Assembly: GCA_963693365.1 (NCBI GenBank) | Contig: CAVNZM010000003.1 | Coordinates: 8,179,312-8,243,311 of the forward strand | Source: Amoebidium appalachense | Taxonomy: Eukaryota; Protista; Ichthyosporea | Direction of reading: 5' to 3' | DNA length: 64,000 nt | Shown here: one piece after another, positions 1-23,041 of the stretch | Position numbering within the stretch: position 1 is the stretch's first letter | How the letters are laid out: the number at the start of each line of letters is the position of its first letter | The notes under the pieces: model-generated | Told to the model about the DNA's origin: nothing | The model's input: only the letters and a program-made list of their open reading frames with translations | Database searches by the model: none | Translations under genes and position numbers: made by a program

Positions 1-900
<900 letters not shown>

Positions 901-923
901 GGTGTGCTTGTCTACTTGTGCAG

Positions 924-1018
924 GTGTGCTTTCGACATCTTCCGAGCGCAGCAACGAGAAGTACAAAGAGACACTGGCAGGCAAGCATTCGGATAAGCAA
1001 CACACTCTCCGAGTGTGA
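924..1018 (+). CDS. Possible terminal exon of an upstream gene that starts outside the window
   Basis: tgtgcag acceptor at 921-923 right after the (GT)n tract, followed by a non-repetitive open frame (VLSTSSERSNEKYKETLAGKHSDKQHTLRV*). No recognisable domain. Confidence 0.35.
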
Positions 1019-1504
1019 TTTTTTATTTCTGCTCAAACCAGAGTGCTTCAGGCTTTACGGGCGGTTGTGGGAACATGGTGTACGATGTTCCTACCATGGA
1101 TGACTGCATTAGCACCTCTGTTGTGGTTGTAACGGAAGGTGTTTACAGAATCGGTGGCTTGTGCGTGCACCTGTATTAGATATTTATGTTTTTGTTTGTG
1201 CTGCACTTCGCCTTCACTCGAAGCGTCTGCCTAAGTTCTCCTAAACTCAAGCAATCTTGAAACGCAAACCCCTAATATGGTGAAATGAAAAGCAATGCCG
1301 TTGCAGAGAACTTGGTTCAAATTGTCCTGGTTAACAGCGGCCGAACAAAACAAGAGCTTTATAATACCCTCATCTAAATTAAACCAAAATGACTGGTTAT
1401 GGTTATGCAAAATATTTTATCTACTGAAGTTTTGAAGCTTTTGAAAGTAAGAAGAATCTTATTATCATGTTTTCGGCACACGCAAACTGAACAACGTACC
1501 CCCC

Positions 1505-2620
1505 TTTACCGTTCGCGCCACTCAGCTAGGGGGATGGTTGCTCCTTTGTTTACATTTACGCTGATTGGCTGTTCATTATAGCCCGCCTTTGATTGGTAGA
1601 GAGAATATTTTGGCGGACCTATGGCGCATGAAGGTGGCTTCCGCGCCTTTTTCCAACGGATTACAGATCCGGGCCAGACCCGTGACCCGACTAAGGTTAT
1701 TCCCAAGCTTGCGATAGATATAAAAACCAATGAAACCCACAACTTTCTTCATAAAAATTGTTCATTTCATCGCATTACTTCCATTAGTAGCTTATATTTA
1801 TATGGTTTTGTGTCTGCTACAGTGCTTATTTATTTCGGGTCTAACTCTGCTACAAGCGAACCAAGGCGCCGGCGCGAAACAGTAAGAACTTAGAGGGCAC
1901 TGATTCTTAGCCAATAGCAACGGATACAATATGTACCGCCCTAGGACAAAAAGACATATGAAACATGGAGCAGCGTAACATCTTGACAGCCCCAAATACT
2001 TTGTAAAAATCTCTTAAGCCTATGTTTACTTAGTATATTGCTTATTTATCCTTAATACATAGCGCATATGTACATATTTTGTGATGTCTTTGTTCCCCAC
2101 CTCACGTTCACCATTGCCCTCCCTCCGAATTTCATCCAATCAAATTCGCGCGGTCTTTTCAAAAATCCACTGTTGTGTCACCGTATTCCATCCTTCTCAA
2201 ACACACCAATCACCTTTAGTGGCGGGGGAAGAGCGCGCGGTAGCACTCCTCGGGCAGACGCGCACGATATATAACCCAGTTCACCAAGCCAGTCAGAGAG
2301 TTACCCACACCTTCCGCGACCACTTACATCAAAAGTCGCTTTTGGCCCTTTGCTTTTTGTGTGTGTACGCATAACTGTGCTAGCGTGAAGGTGTGTGCTG
2401 CCTTCTAGACAAGAACGCACAAGCAAGTGTGGCTTTGCTGCTTTCTTAGCTGAAAACGTGGGACCGGCCCACTCGGAGATCTCGATTCATGTTTTCCTAC
2501 GAACTAAACATCTGAAACGTGAAAGACACTCCTTTTAGCCTACTTGTGCCTTCTAACGGTGTTAAAACTTTTTCGAATACTGGCACGTTCCTGAAACCAG
2601 CAGAAAAAGATTTTGGAATT
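1505..2620 (+). promoter_or_regulatory. Putative MYB promoter region with CCAAT, E2F-like and MSA/Myb-like motifs
   Basis: Microsatellite-free region. Reverse CCAAT boxes (ATTGG at ~1564 and ~1592), E2F-like TTCGCGCC (~1512) and TTTGGCGG (~1609), and TCYAACGG at 1652 and 2552. These are short motifs and may be chance matches. Confidence 0.3.
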
Positions 2621-2625
2621 GAAAA

Positions 2626-13202
<10,577 letters not shown>

Positions 13203-13330
13203 GCCTCCCCCCTTCCCCCCCCCCACCTCCCACCCCCCCCACCCCCCCCTCCCCCCACCCCCACCCACCCACCCACCCACACACGCGCGCACGCACGCAC
13301 GCACGCACGCACGCGCACACCCACACACGA

Positions 13331-13437
<107 letters not shown>

Positions 13438-13478
13438 CCACCGATTTAGTTGTCCCTATTTCCTCAACTGGCCCCCCT

Positions 13479-13509
<31 letters not shown>

Positions 13510-13724
13510 CCATGCCGCAAAAAAGAACAAATGAATGTATGAACTCTAAAAAATGAATGTGTAAACTATATAAAATGAACGTATAAATTTTATGAAATGA
13601 ATGTTACCACCTGCCTTTTTTGGGTGGTCCAGTCTTCTTACGTTAACCACCCCAAAGCCCAACCTACATCCCCTCTGCACCTTAAGGCTCCTTAATGTTA
13701 AAGCTCGTATAATGCCATTTCACG

Positions 13725-13898
13725 TATTGTGGCGTTTTTATTGTCTCTCTAGATCATGGGATTTATTAGCCGCACCATGCGGCCAAATAGTACACCACAG
13801 GTCTCTAAATATATTGTGGTGTCTTTATTGTCTCTCTAGATCATGGGATTTATTAGCCGCACCATGCGGCCAAATAGTACACAACAGGTCTCTAAATA
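13725..13898. repeat. Tandem duplication, 2 x 87 bp
   Basis: tattgtgg...ttgtctctctagatcatgggatttattagccgcaccatgcggccaaatagtacac...aggtctctaaata starts at 13725 and again at 13812. Confidence 0.92.
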
Positions 13899-14829
13899 TG
13901 GTAACATTTGCATTCTGGGGTCAACCGGTATATTATCGTGACATGCACAGATACACAAAAAAATGTGGAACGCGGCATATCAAAATTCCAAACTAACTCC
14001 GATGTATCCCCGCAGGGTTCTCAATCGCATGATCATCCTCCACACGTAAATTAATCCAAATTTCCACCTTGTCTATCCATCCACTATCCAAATGGTGAGG
14101 TGGAATGTGGAGTCGGCAACACAACCTTTTCTAAGGCACCAAGGCACCAGTATGTGGGCTCAAACTCGGCCAACCCGGGAGAACCGGCTGCAATTTGGTG
14201 TTTGGGATATCCAACAATGTGGATATGCCTCTAGGGCAACTTTAGCGGCATACGCATATATATTGCTGAGATAGGTGACCTCTGTTTTATTTGATCGATC
14301 CGAGAACTAGCAAAGATTCAGTAATTTATGTCTGTCTGTGGGAGTTAGGTGCTGGGTGGTATTTGCGAAGATGGGGGGGGGGGGGGGGGGGAGGGGGGGA
14401 TGGGTGCGTGTGTGTGTGTGTTTGGGGGGGGGGGGGGGGGGAGGGGGGGTAAAAAACAGAAGAATAAGTGATATAATGCTTAAGGGCACCAGGTAAGCTT
14501 GCTTGTTGCTTGGGCCTATTGACTACTCGTATGCATAGGGGTGCCTGTCCCCTGCACTACCCATCCATCAGTAGAACCCAAATATGGAAATATCCAGATT
14601 TGGTCATACCCACTATATATTGCCTCAAGTGCGTGTGACAGGGTTACGTCTATCGATCGGATATGAACGTAGCAGTGTAGATAGAACATACTAGTCCCTA
14701 TAGTAATTGGACTGTTAGTTGCGCTAACGTGCACGTGGCACGGTGTAATGTCTATATGTCCCGAAAAGGGTTAAGGAAAAAGTGCTACTGTGCGAGTAAA
14801 ATGTACTGTACGGTGGATAGAGGCAAGAA

Positions 14830-14907
<78 letters not shown>

Positions 14908-15701
14908 AATGTGTGTGTGTGTGCGTGAATGTGTGTGTGTGGTGCGTGTGTGCGTGCGTGCATGCATGTACGGTGTGTGTGTGTGTCCTGGGGATTTCTG
15001 GTGTTTTTTTTTTTTTTGGGGGGGGGGGGGGGGGGGGCTCTGTTGCTGCGCTAAACGCTTTTCCACGTGGCATATGCATGCACAGACCTAGATCAACTTG
15101 TGACTCAAGAGTGCGATTATTCTCCAGTAGAGTGCGATAATTCTTCTCTCAATTCTTTCCATTAACGGCCCTATTCTTCAGAGTATCAAAAGCAAAGGGA
15201 GGGGGTATCTCAAATTTAAGATCATCTACAGTACTCTAATCTTCTCTAAGTAGTCCTAGCACTATTGGATACCAAATATAATAGCATTATATAAGTAACT
15301 TATTAAATTTGAGTAAGTTAAACAAGGCTTGTGTACCCCTAAATACACAAGGTCCAATAAAGCGCTATTTCCCCCTACAAATAACGTCTTAGTGATCTAA
15401 GTCAAGAAGCAATCTTTATCATTTTCCTTTTATAAAGCTATCAAATCTTTTATCCTATAAATTCATAACAAAGAATATTCTTTCTTATGACGTCTATTTC
15501 TACTTAAAGAAGATTATTTCCTTCTTTATATACACTAGATGAATGTCTCCTCCTTTATACTAATCTTACTAGAGGAATTTTTTTATACTAATTTTACAGT
15601 TATAGTACTATGGTACTACTGTACCCTCTCTAACTAAAAGAATAATAGCTTTAGTAAGAAGTAGCCTCTCAACTAGGAGACGTAACTTCAATAATATAAG
15701 A

Positions 15702-16920
15702 TTAATAAGCAATAGGTGGTACAAAATCGAAAGCAATAAGAATACCAGATATGAATAAATAACAAGCTAATGAAAGAGGTAAGAAATAATCCTAAGTGCA
15801 TAAGATTATCAAATCTTATTCTAGGAAGAGAAGCACCAGTTCAAATAAATAAGAATAAAAAGAAAGAAACCTTAATTCCAAGTCATACAACTTCTGGAAT
15901 TCAAGTAAAAAGGAGCGAGATTGATGTTTGGAAGTCATCCTCCTCAGAATAATAAACATTAAAATATGACGTTAAAATAACATAACCATATTCACTTAAG
16001 AAGAATAAAACGAATAACACGGCAGAATATTCAGTATGGAATCCCGATACCAATTCACTTTCTGCTTCCACACAATCAAATGGTGGTCTAAATGTTTCTG
16101 CTAATGATGATATAAAGAACATTATTCCTGCTGGTAATAATGGGAATATATATCATATTGGGTGTTTACGCTGTTTACTCGAGGCAAAGAGAACCAGTCT
16201 CAGGTATGGGGGGGGGGGTTTGCTCGGAATATCCCCTCAGCGGTATATCATGATCACGTACATAGATGTCGGGTGGTGACTATATATCAGGGTTTACTTT
16301 CTCTACGAGACACCATAAAGACTACAAGGAGAAATCAATTAGTTGGGGTTCCCCGTTTTTTTTTTTTTTTTTTTTTTTTTTATATATTGATTGTTGAGCT
16401 AATACTATTTCTGTTAAATTTAAAGACCCAGCTGATAACGCTACTGTTAAGATAATTAACCCAATTGAAACTTCGTATGAAATCAATTGAGCTGTTGCTT
16501 TTAATGCACCTAAGAAAGAATATCTACTATTACTTGCTCACCCAGAACATAAAACAGCATAAGCACCTAAAGAAGATACTGCAAATAAATATAATAATCC
16601 TATATTTATGTCTGCTAATACCGCTCCAGTTCCAAAAGGAATGACTGCTCATCCTGCTAATGCTAACACTATAAAATAATTGGTGCTAATAAAAAAATAA
16701 CTTTATTTGCATGATTTGGAATAATCGATTCCTTAGCTAATAATTTTACCGCATCTGCAAATGGTTGTAACACTCCTCACACTCCCACTGTTTGTGGTCC
16801 CACTCTTAATTGCATACTTCCTAACACTTTTCTTTCTAATAAAGTTAAAAATGCTACTCCTATTAACACTGCTACTACTATTAGCCTACAAATTTACTAT
16901 TATTATTAAACTAGTAACAT
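15702..16920 (-). pseudogene. nad1: Mitochondrial NADH dehydrogenase subunit 1 pseudogene
   Basis: Minus strand reads [122 protein letters not shown], with TGA at conserved Trp positions. It has frameshifts and a 223-bp insertion. Confidence 0.95.
16161..16383. mobile_element. 223-bp insertion in nad1 with 6-bp target-site duplication
   Basis: ATATTG at 16155-16160 and 16384-16389. Removing the insert and one copy restores ...AQQSIWYIFPLLP. The insert has a G-run and a ~26-nt T-tract at its right end. Confidence 0.8.
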
Positions 16921-16956
16921 CTTTTCTCTTTCCTAATATTAAATGATTTAATTCAA

Positions 16957-17028
16957 CTGTATTGAAGAACTTGAATCTCCGGCTGTATTATTATGAGGAA
17001 CATGCTTTACCAATTGAGCTAAATACCT
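16957..17028 (-). tRNA. Mitochondrial-type tRNA, anticodon CAT (Ile/Met), degenerate NUMT copy
   Basis: Reverse complement AGGTATTTAGCTCAATTGGTAAAGCATGTTC-CTCATAA-TAATACAGCCGGAGATTCAAGTTCTTCAATAC; stems partly mismatched. Confidence 0.65.
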
Positions 17029-17048
17029 TATTAACATACAGCCTTTAG

Positions 17049-17125
17049 AGGTATTGAAGGACTTGAACCTACAACAATTGAATTAACGTATGAAGTTAAT
17101 ACTCTACCAATTAAACTATATTCCC
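17049..17125 (-). tRNA. tRNA-Met(CAT)-like degenerate duplicate
   Basis: Copy of 17231-17302 with a 5-nt insertion and D-arm/acceptor mismatches. Confidence 0.6.
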
Positions 17126-17138
17126 AAAGTAACCAATT

Positions 17139-17211
17139 AGGTATTGAAGGACTTGAACCTTCGGCCATATTTTTTATAAGGAACATGCTCTACCAATTGA
17201 GCTAAATATCT
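17139..17211 (-). tRNA. tRNA with anticodon TAT (Ile), paralog of 16957-17028
   Basis: Reverse complement AGATATTTAGCTCAATTGGTAGAGCATGTTC-CTTATAA-AAAATATGGCCGAAGGTTCAAGTCCTTCAATACCT. Confidence 0.65.
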
Positions 17212-17230
17212 TATTAACATACAGAGTTAT

Positions 17231-17302
17231 AGGTATTGAAGGACTTGAACCTACAACAATTAACGTATGAAGTTAATGCTCTACCAATTGAGCTAAATAC
17301 CT
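17231..17302 (-). tRNA. trnM: tRNA-Met(CAT), mitochondrial type
   Basis: Reverse complement AGGTATTTAGCTCAATTGGTAGAGCATTAAC-TTCATAC-GTTAATTGTTGTAGGTTCAAGTCCTTCAATACCT folds as a complete cloverleaf. Confidence 0.85.
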
Positions 17303-17307
17303 CGAAA

Positions 17308-17448
17308 GCTAGTAGTAGGACTTGAAAAGTTCTTACGACTTAAACTCGAGTACTCAACGAGCGGTGACTCTACTGAAACTCTAGTACGAACTTGAACCCT
17401 CATTCTTCTGTTTACAAGACAGATGCTTTATCATTAAGCTACACTAGC
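17308..17448 (-). tRNA. trnT: tRNA-Thr(TGT) interrupted by a ~70-bp insertion in the T-arm
   Basis: 5' part GCTAGTGTAGCTTAATGATAAAGCATCTGT-CTTGTAA-ACAGAAGAATGAGGG. The matching 3' end TTCAAGTCCTACTACTAGC lies at 17326-17308, beyond the insert. Confidence 0.75.
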
Positions 17449-17458
17449 CATATATAAA

Positions 17459-17530
17459 TTGATAGTAGGACTTATAGGCTACAACCAGTACATTGGATGT
17501 GTACTGCTCTATCCTATTGAGCTATATCAA
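17459..17530 (-). tRNA. tRNA-Gly(TCC)-like, degenerate
   Basis: TTGATATAGCTCAATAGGATAGAGCAGTACA-CATCCAA-TGTAC...TATCAA; position 33 and the T-loop are mutated. Confidence 0.55.
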
Positions 17531-17546
17531 TTACCTTTGTTGTAAT

Positions 17547-17613
17547 AGGTATTGCAGGACTTGAACCTACAGCCGTAATCTTGTAAGGATTATTCTCTAC
17601 CAATTAAATACCT
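17547..17613 (-). tRNA. trnV: tRNA-Val(TAC) with D-stem deletion
   Basis: AGGTATTTAATTGGTAGAGAATAATC-CTTACAA-GATTACGGCTGTAGGTTCAAGTCCTGCAATACCT. Confidence 0.7.
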
Positions 17614-17630
17614 CTATCCTAATCGCATCT

Positions 17631-17702
17631 ATTCAGGTAGGACTTGGACCGAAAATCATTTACGTGACAAGTTAATATTCTAACCAATTGATCTACTTAC
17701 AT
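17631..17702 (-). tRNA. trnD: tRNA-Asp(GTC), degenerate
   Basis: GTAGATCAATTGGTTAGAATATTAAC-TTGTCAC-GTAAATG...CCAAGTCC on the minus strand. Confidence 0.6.
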
Positions 17703-17727
17703 TTGGATTTGTCTTAGTATTAAGAAT

Positions 17728-17811
17728 AGAATGAGAAGGATTTGAACCTTCGAACCTAGAAAGGATACCATTTACAGTGATACGCTACTGACCACTCAGC
17801 CATCCTCCTCC
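17728..17811 (-). tRNA. trnY: tRNA-Tyr(GTA) with long variable arm
   Basis: GGATGGCTGAGTGGTCAGTAGCGTATCA-CTGTAAA-TGGTATCCTTTCTAGGTTCGAAGGTTCAAATCCTTCTC. A long variable arm is typical of bacterial and organellar tRNA-Tyr. Confidence 0.78.
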
Positions 17812-19272
17812 ATACTCTATCTATCTCCGATGGGACTATAAATTAGAAATCAAAAAAGTTATAAAATAAAATAAGAAATCTTAACGCATGAATGTAACAA
17901 CAACACACTCATTCTTTCAGAACATGTATCCGAGATATATTAAACATTTTGCACCGGATATATGTGAGCCGTATGATCCAGTAGCAGTGCTCAGACCTAG
18001 GTGCAGTCATCATTCCTTTCCCCACCCCCTCCCCCCACCCCTCCCTGCGGGAGTCTCCCCCGTCCCTCCCTTCCCGACTCCCCTGGCCTCTCCGGACCCT
18101 CGCCTCCTACTCCTCCCTCCCCCCCCCTCCCCCCCCCCCCCCCCCCCCCCCCTTCCTCCCCCCAGGGGCCCTAACAATCACACCTCAACCACCACCACGT
18201 GCGACTGTGGCCTCAGCCGCCGTATGACCGAGTATACACTGGCGAGTAGACTCTATTTTTCAAGGGTATGAGTTGGCACGTGATCAGTCGTTTCGGAGGA
18301 AAAAAATTGTCAGTCTTGAAAAATAAGAGCTATTTCAAAAGGTAGCAGCCCCAACCACCATCACCACCGTTCCTAGACAATTTGCACCGGGTACCTTTAA
18401 GTTAACAAACACTCATCCTTGCTCTGAAACCTGAGACGTCATATCGTACCATCAGACTGTCGTTGGGACGTGGCATGCCTGGTATTGTTTTCCGTGGGTG
18501 GAAAACGAAATTCATGAAGCCACACAAATCTCCTTCCTGCGCTAGGTGGCCTGATCCTTGGTAATCAACCACCTGCTTTCACCTTTCCTCCCAATTACCC
18601 TTTTCTCTGCCTCATGCCCCCCCCCCCCCCCCCCCGCCCCTCCCCCCACCCTTTCCGAAGCACCCCTCACGCTGCCGGAAGTAACCGAGCCTTAGAGTCA
18701 TCGAATTCCTTCTTCCACACCCCAAAACATCAACTAGTTAACGTTAACCACCATTCATTAACCCAAATGTGCACCACCACCACATTACGTGCAAACATGC
18801 ACGGATGTATATGTCGACACAACATCACATGTTGGATTTGTCCCCCGCTCCCCCCCCCCCCCCCCCCCCCCCCTTCTGGGCTCAGGTATGATACATGAAT
18901 ATGGCTGTACATGCAAAACAGAAATGTAAACACACATTGTTTGTGCATGCACGGTGTGTAATGCTTTTCGAATGTGAACGTGTGCATGGATGTGTCTGTG
19001 TAACTTTGTGGTCACAGTTTGTGAATACCATATGAGTGCGTGCGTGCCACTGTCTGAGCATGTGTGTGCTTTTGTGCGATGTACGTACGTATACAATCTT
19101 TGAAAGGAGTGTGTGTGTCATGTGTGTTGTGCAAGCATTGAAAAAATCATGTGTGTGTTTGGTGTTTGTGCAATTGGTGTATGCATGCGTGGGAGTGGTG
19201 GTGGTGGTGGTGGTGGTGTGCGAGTGTGTATGTGTGTGTCTCCGTGTGGGTGTGTGTGCCACGTTGCCGCCC

Positions 19273-19319
<47 letters not shown>

Positions 19320-19495
19320 GGAAGGCGCAAACTGATCGGTACTGCAGATGGGGTGGGTCGAAAAAAGAGCTCAAAGCCTTCAGTGTGGAAAGGGGACTGC
19401 CTTGGGACGAAATAACCGGTGGGGAATGGGAGTAGGTGTCCGCGCTATCCTCAGGGGACGGTGTGGGGCGGGGGGAGGGGGAAGGGGGAGGGAGG

Positions 19496-19552
<57 letters not shown>

Positions 19553-19747
19553 GGGGGTGGGGAGGGGCTGAATGGCGGGCTTGTGGTAGTGTGTGCGTAG
19601 CTGTGCAGTGGAAACATTGGTGGTGGTAGGGTGGTGGTGGTTGCGTATGTGCGCGTGTGCGTGCGTGGGTAATTGTGTGTGTGTGTGTGTGTGACGCACT
19701 GTACGTGACACTGTGCGTGTGCACGTGGTGGTGGTGATGTTGGGGGG

Positions 19748-19778
<31 letters not shown>

Positions 19779-21449
19779 AGGGGCCGGAAAACAGCGTGCA
19801 TTGTCAGGTGCATGGCCATTGCCATTGCCATGGCCATGGTGAGAAAGACCTCATCGTGGGATCTGCAATTCTGATGTCGAGCTTTACCCGATCAGGGGTC
19901 AAAAGTCCAAGGAAGGACTTAAAGGGCTGCATATTACAACCTAACCCCGAAAATATGAAATAAAGTCGAAGTTGGGTGGCCATGCATGGGTTGCTCGCGT
20001 TGAACACATGAACAAAAGACCCAAATGACCGTGAACTCTTTTTGAAAGGGACTGGCCACTGCACGAAACTACAATTGTAGGGGGCCATGACCACAGGATC
20101 GTCTTTGAAACCTCGAAAAACGTCCAGTTGAATTTAGGTCCACGAGCATGTCAATCAGTGGCTCTAATGCAGCCAAAACCAAAAAAAAAAAAAAATGCCT
20201 AAAGACGGAGAAAACGGTTGGTGTCTCTATTAGGGCAGGGGAAAGGTAGCTAACTGAATGGCACCAGCCAAAGACGAATTTCACACCCTGGCTGGTGGCT
20301 GTGGATTGGATCGTGCGGAATTTGGGGAATGCAGCTGCCAGGAAAGCCAGTGCGCAGTGCTCAGTTGCACCAGGGCCTGGCGGAAGAACTCTTGTCGTAA
20401 TAAAACCACTTAGTGTAAAGGCGGATGATCTTATGTGTGTATACCACCTTATGTACCGTTTTACCCTTCCTTTTTTATTTCCCCGAACTCCAGTAGTTTG
20501 TATGCGTTTCACGGTGATGATACGTTCTTGCAGCCTAGCAGGGTTGAACTGATTAGGATTTTACACTCCTCTGACTTATTCAAACATTGAACCCTTTGAT
20601 TACAGCCAAAATATACGCGATGCTTGAAAGTACTAGTAAAACCAAGCCAAAAATTTATATATTTGAGTTATTTACAACCAGTTGTGTTTACATTGCTTTT
20701 TATCAGGGCCTATTATTATCATCTGTTTTTCGCTGCAATCTATAAGGTGTCAAAGGACAGCTACTATTGCTCCAAACTAAAAACCACACCGATTGCTGAT
20801 TGGCTTACTTTGCCGTGGAGTGCCACCAGTCTCCAACCTGATTACGATATTGTCTTATATAATGTACATTAGTAAAGGTCCAAAGTATAACTATATTATC
20901 GTTTCTTTTAGTTTCTACCTTGAATACGCACGTCAGGAGTGTCTATTTATAATAGCTGAAGCACAAAGTCTCACGCCTGCCATAACACCAATAATTTAAT
21001 TGCGTGATATGTATCCAATAATAATGCTCCAGGGCTCAGAATGGCTCACCAGCCAGAAATGATAAGCGAAGTCCGTATTCCTTTGTCTCGTCAGAATGAC
21101 AGAGCTGTAAAACAAGAACGCGAAGCTTCTTGTTTTTCTACGTATGGTTAGCAGGCGCTTTTCACTCAGTTTTTTTAGGCGCAAAACTTCGTGTTGTGAG
21201 AACGAGGGAGTTCGCTAGCTGCGCTTCTACGCGGTTTTTTGTCCATCCCACTCCTTTACATCCCTTCGCTTACGCTTGATGGAACAGGGTGCGCTTTAGT
21301 TCCCCTTTTCCCGTTTTCTGCCCTGATCTCCACCTTCAGCCTCAATTTTTTTGAAAGAACCAGTTTCAAGTCTTTTGGCATAAATTTTGCCTTTTGGGGG
21401 GACGTGTCCTTTTCCTCTGGGAAGATAACACCCACCCTAGTTTGTAATC

Positions 21450-22337
21450 ATGGCCCGTGCCTGCCTTCTCGCACCAAGCAACGCCCCAAGCGAGCTCTCG
21501 GCTCGCGCGCGACCCAGACGCAAGTGTTGGAGTTCAAAGCCAACACTATGTATTCCTTCTTCCTTGCCAACAACGTTTTCAACAAAAAAGACATCGATGT
21601 GCCATCAAGGGCCGCCACCGGTTGCTCTTTTGACAACCGATCTGCTGATTTCAATCATGCGGTTCCTGTCTCCAGCTGACGTTTGTGCTTGTGCGCTAGT
21701 TTGTCGCGTATGGGAAGAAGCTGCACACAGCAACCTTCTATGGCACCACTTGTATGAAAGAAGGTTTATTTTTGCGCCTCAGAGATCCATTGGATCTGGT
21801 GAGTGGAAAAGGTTGTATGCGGAAAGGGCAATGGGTCTTGAGGAAGTGTTACGCGAAGAATTTTTCGTCGACTTGAAGCAGCTGGGGTTGAGTCCTTTTG
21901 CACGCGGGCCCGTACGTTTGAACGTCGTGGGGGTACGTAAAATTTTCCCCCCTCCCCACCTCCGGTAGTCTGGGACGCACACATACACCGAGGCACGTCC
22001 ACACGCGCACACACACACACGTGCACACATACACACACACACACACACGCACGAACACACACACACACCAGCACCATCACAACTACTTAACTGCTTTGCC
22101 TCCTGTCATCTAGAAAGTGAAGGATTGACACATATACCAACACACCACACGCATGTGGTGCTTGAGTGCACACGCACATACACACAACTAAGCCTGGATA
22201 CACATTCGTACATGCGTACACGTGCACGAACTTGTGGCATGTACACACACGCACACTGGGACTTGTATAGACACACACGGGGTAGTACGTTTACACATCC
22301 ACACAGTGTTTGGGGCGCAGGCACGCGCACACACGCG

Positions 22338-22411
<74 letters not shown>

Positions 22412-22451
22412 GGCACACACACACACGCACACACACAAACACACACATAAA

Positions 22452-22506
<55 letters not shown>

Positions 22507-22547
22507 TATGACACACACACAGGCGCGCACACAAACACACACATAAA

Positions 22548-22590
<43 letters not shown>

Positions 22591-22864
22591 GTAGCTCACT
22601 TCAGTGGGTGCAGGACCGGCGCTGTGGCAAAACTGCGTTTCTGGATACTCTGGTGACGGGCAGTTGGGGAGGCAGCAGCTACACAGGATACAACAGTCGC
22701 ATACCTGTGTGCCGCACACTGGGGGACAGGAACTTTGCGTTTTTCACCATGGATACTACGGATGGTGTGTGTCTATACCTACGTTTTTCCCCCTCTTTTC
22801 TTTTTTCTTTTTTTGCATGGTGTATCTGCGCGCAACGTGTGTGTGTGCAGGTGTGTGTGTGTGG

Positions 22865-22900
<36 letters not shown>

Positions 22901-23007
22901 TTGGGTGTGTGTGTGTGTGTGTATGTGTATGTGCACGCGCACACGAACATGTGTGTGTTCGTGTGTGTATGTGTGCCTGCTGTGTATCAGACACGTGTGT
23001 GTGTGTA

Positions 23008-23041
<34 letters not shown>

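Larger units (their letters stand above)
15092..17991 (-). other. NUMT (nuclear copy of mitochondrial DNA)
   Basis: Abrupt switch to AT-rich, microsatellite-free sequence containing nad1 in TGA=Trp code and a cluster of organellar-type tRNAs. Boundaries are approximate and set at a flanking CAGACCTAG direct repeat. Confidence 0.9.

Noticed and set aside
13930-14740. Short coding-like stretches between MYB and the NUMT
   Set aside because: Frames are interrupted by stops, with no consistent splice structure or recognisable motif.
15092-17991. Functional mitochondrial sequence or assembly chimera
   Set aside because: nad1 has frameshifts and a TSD-flanked insert, and several tRNAs have broken stems, consistent with a decaying nuclear copy.
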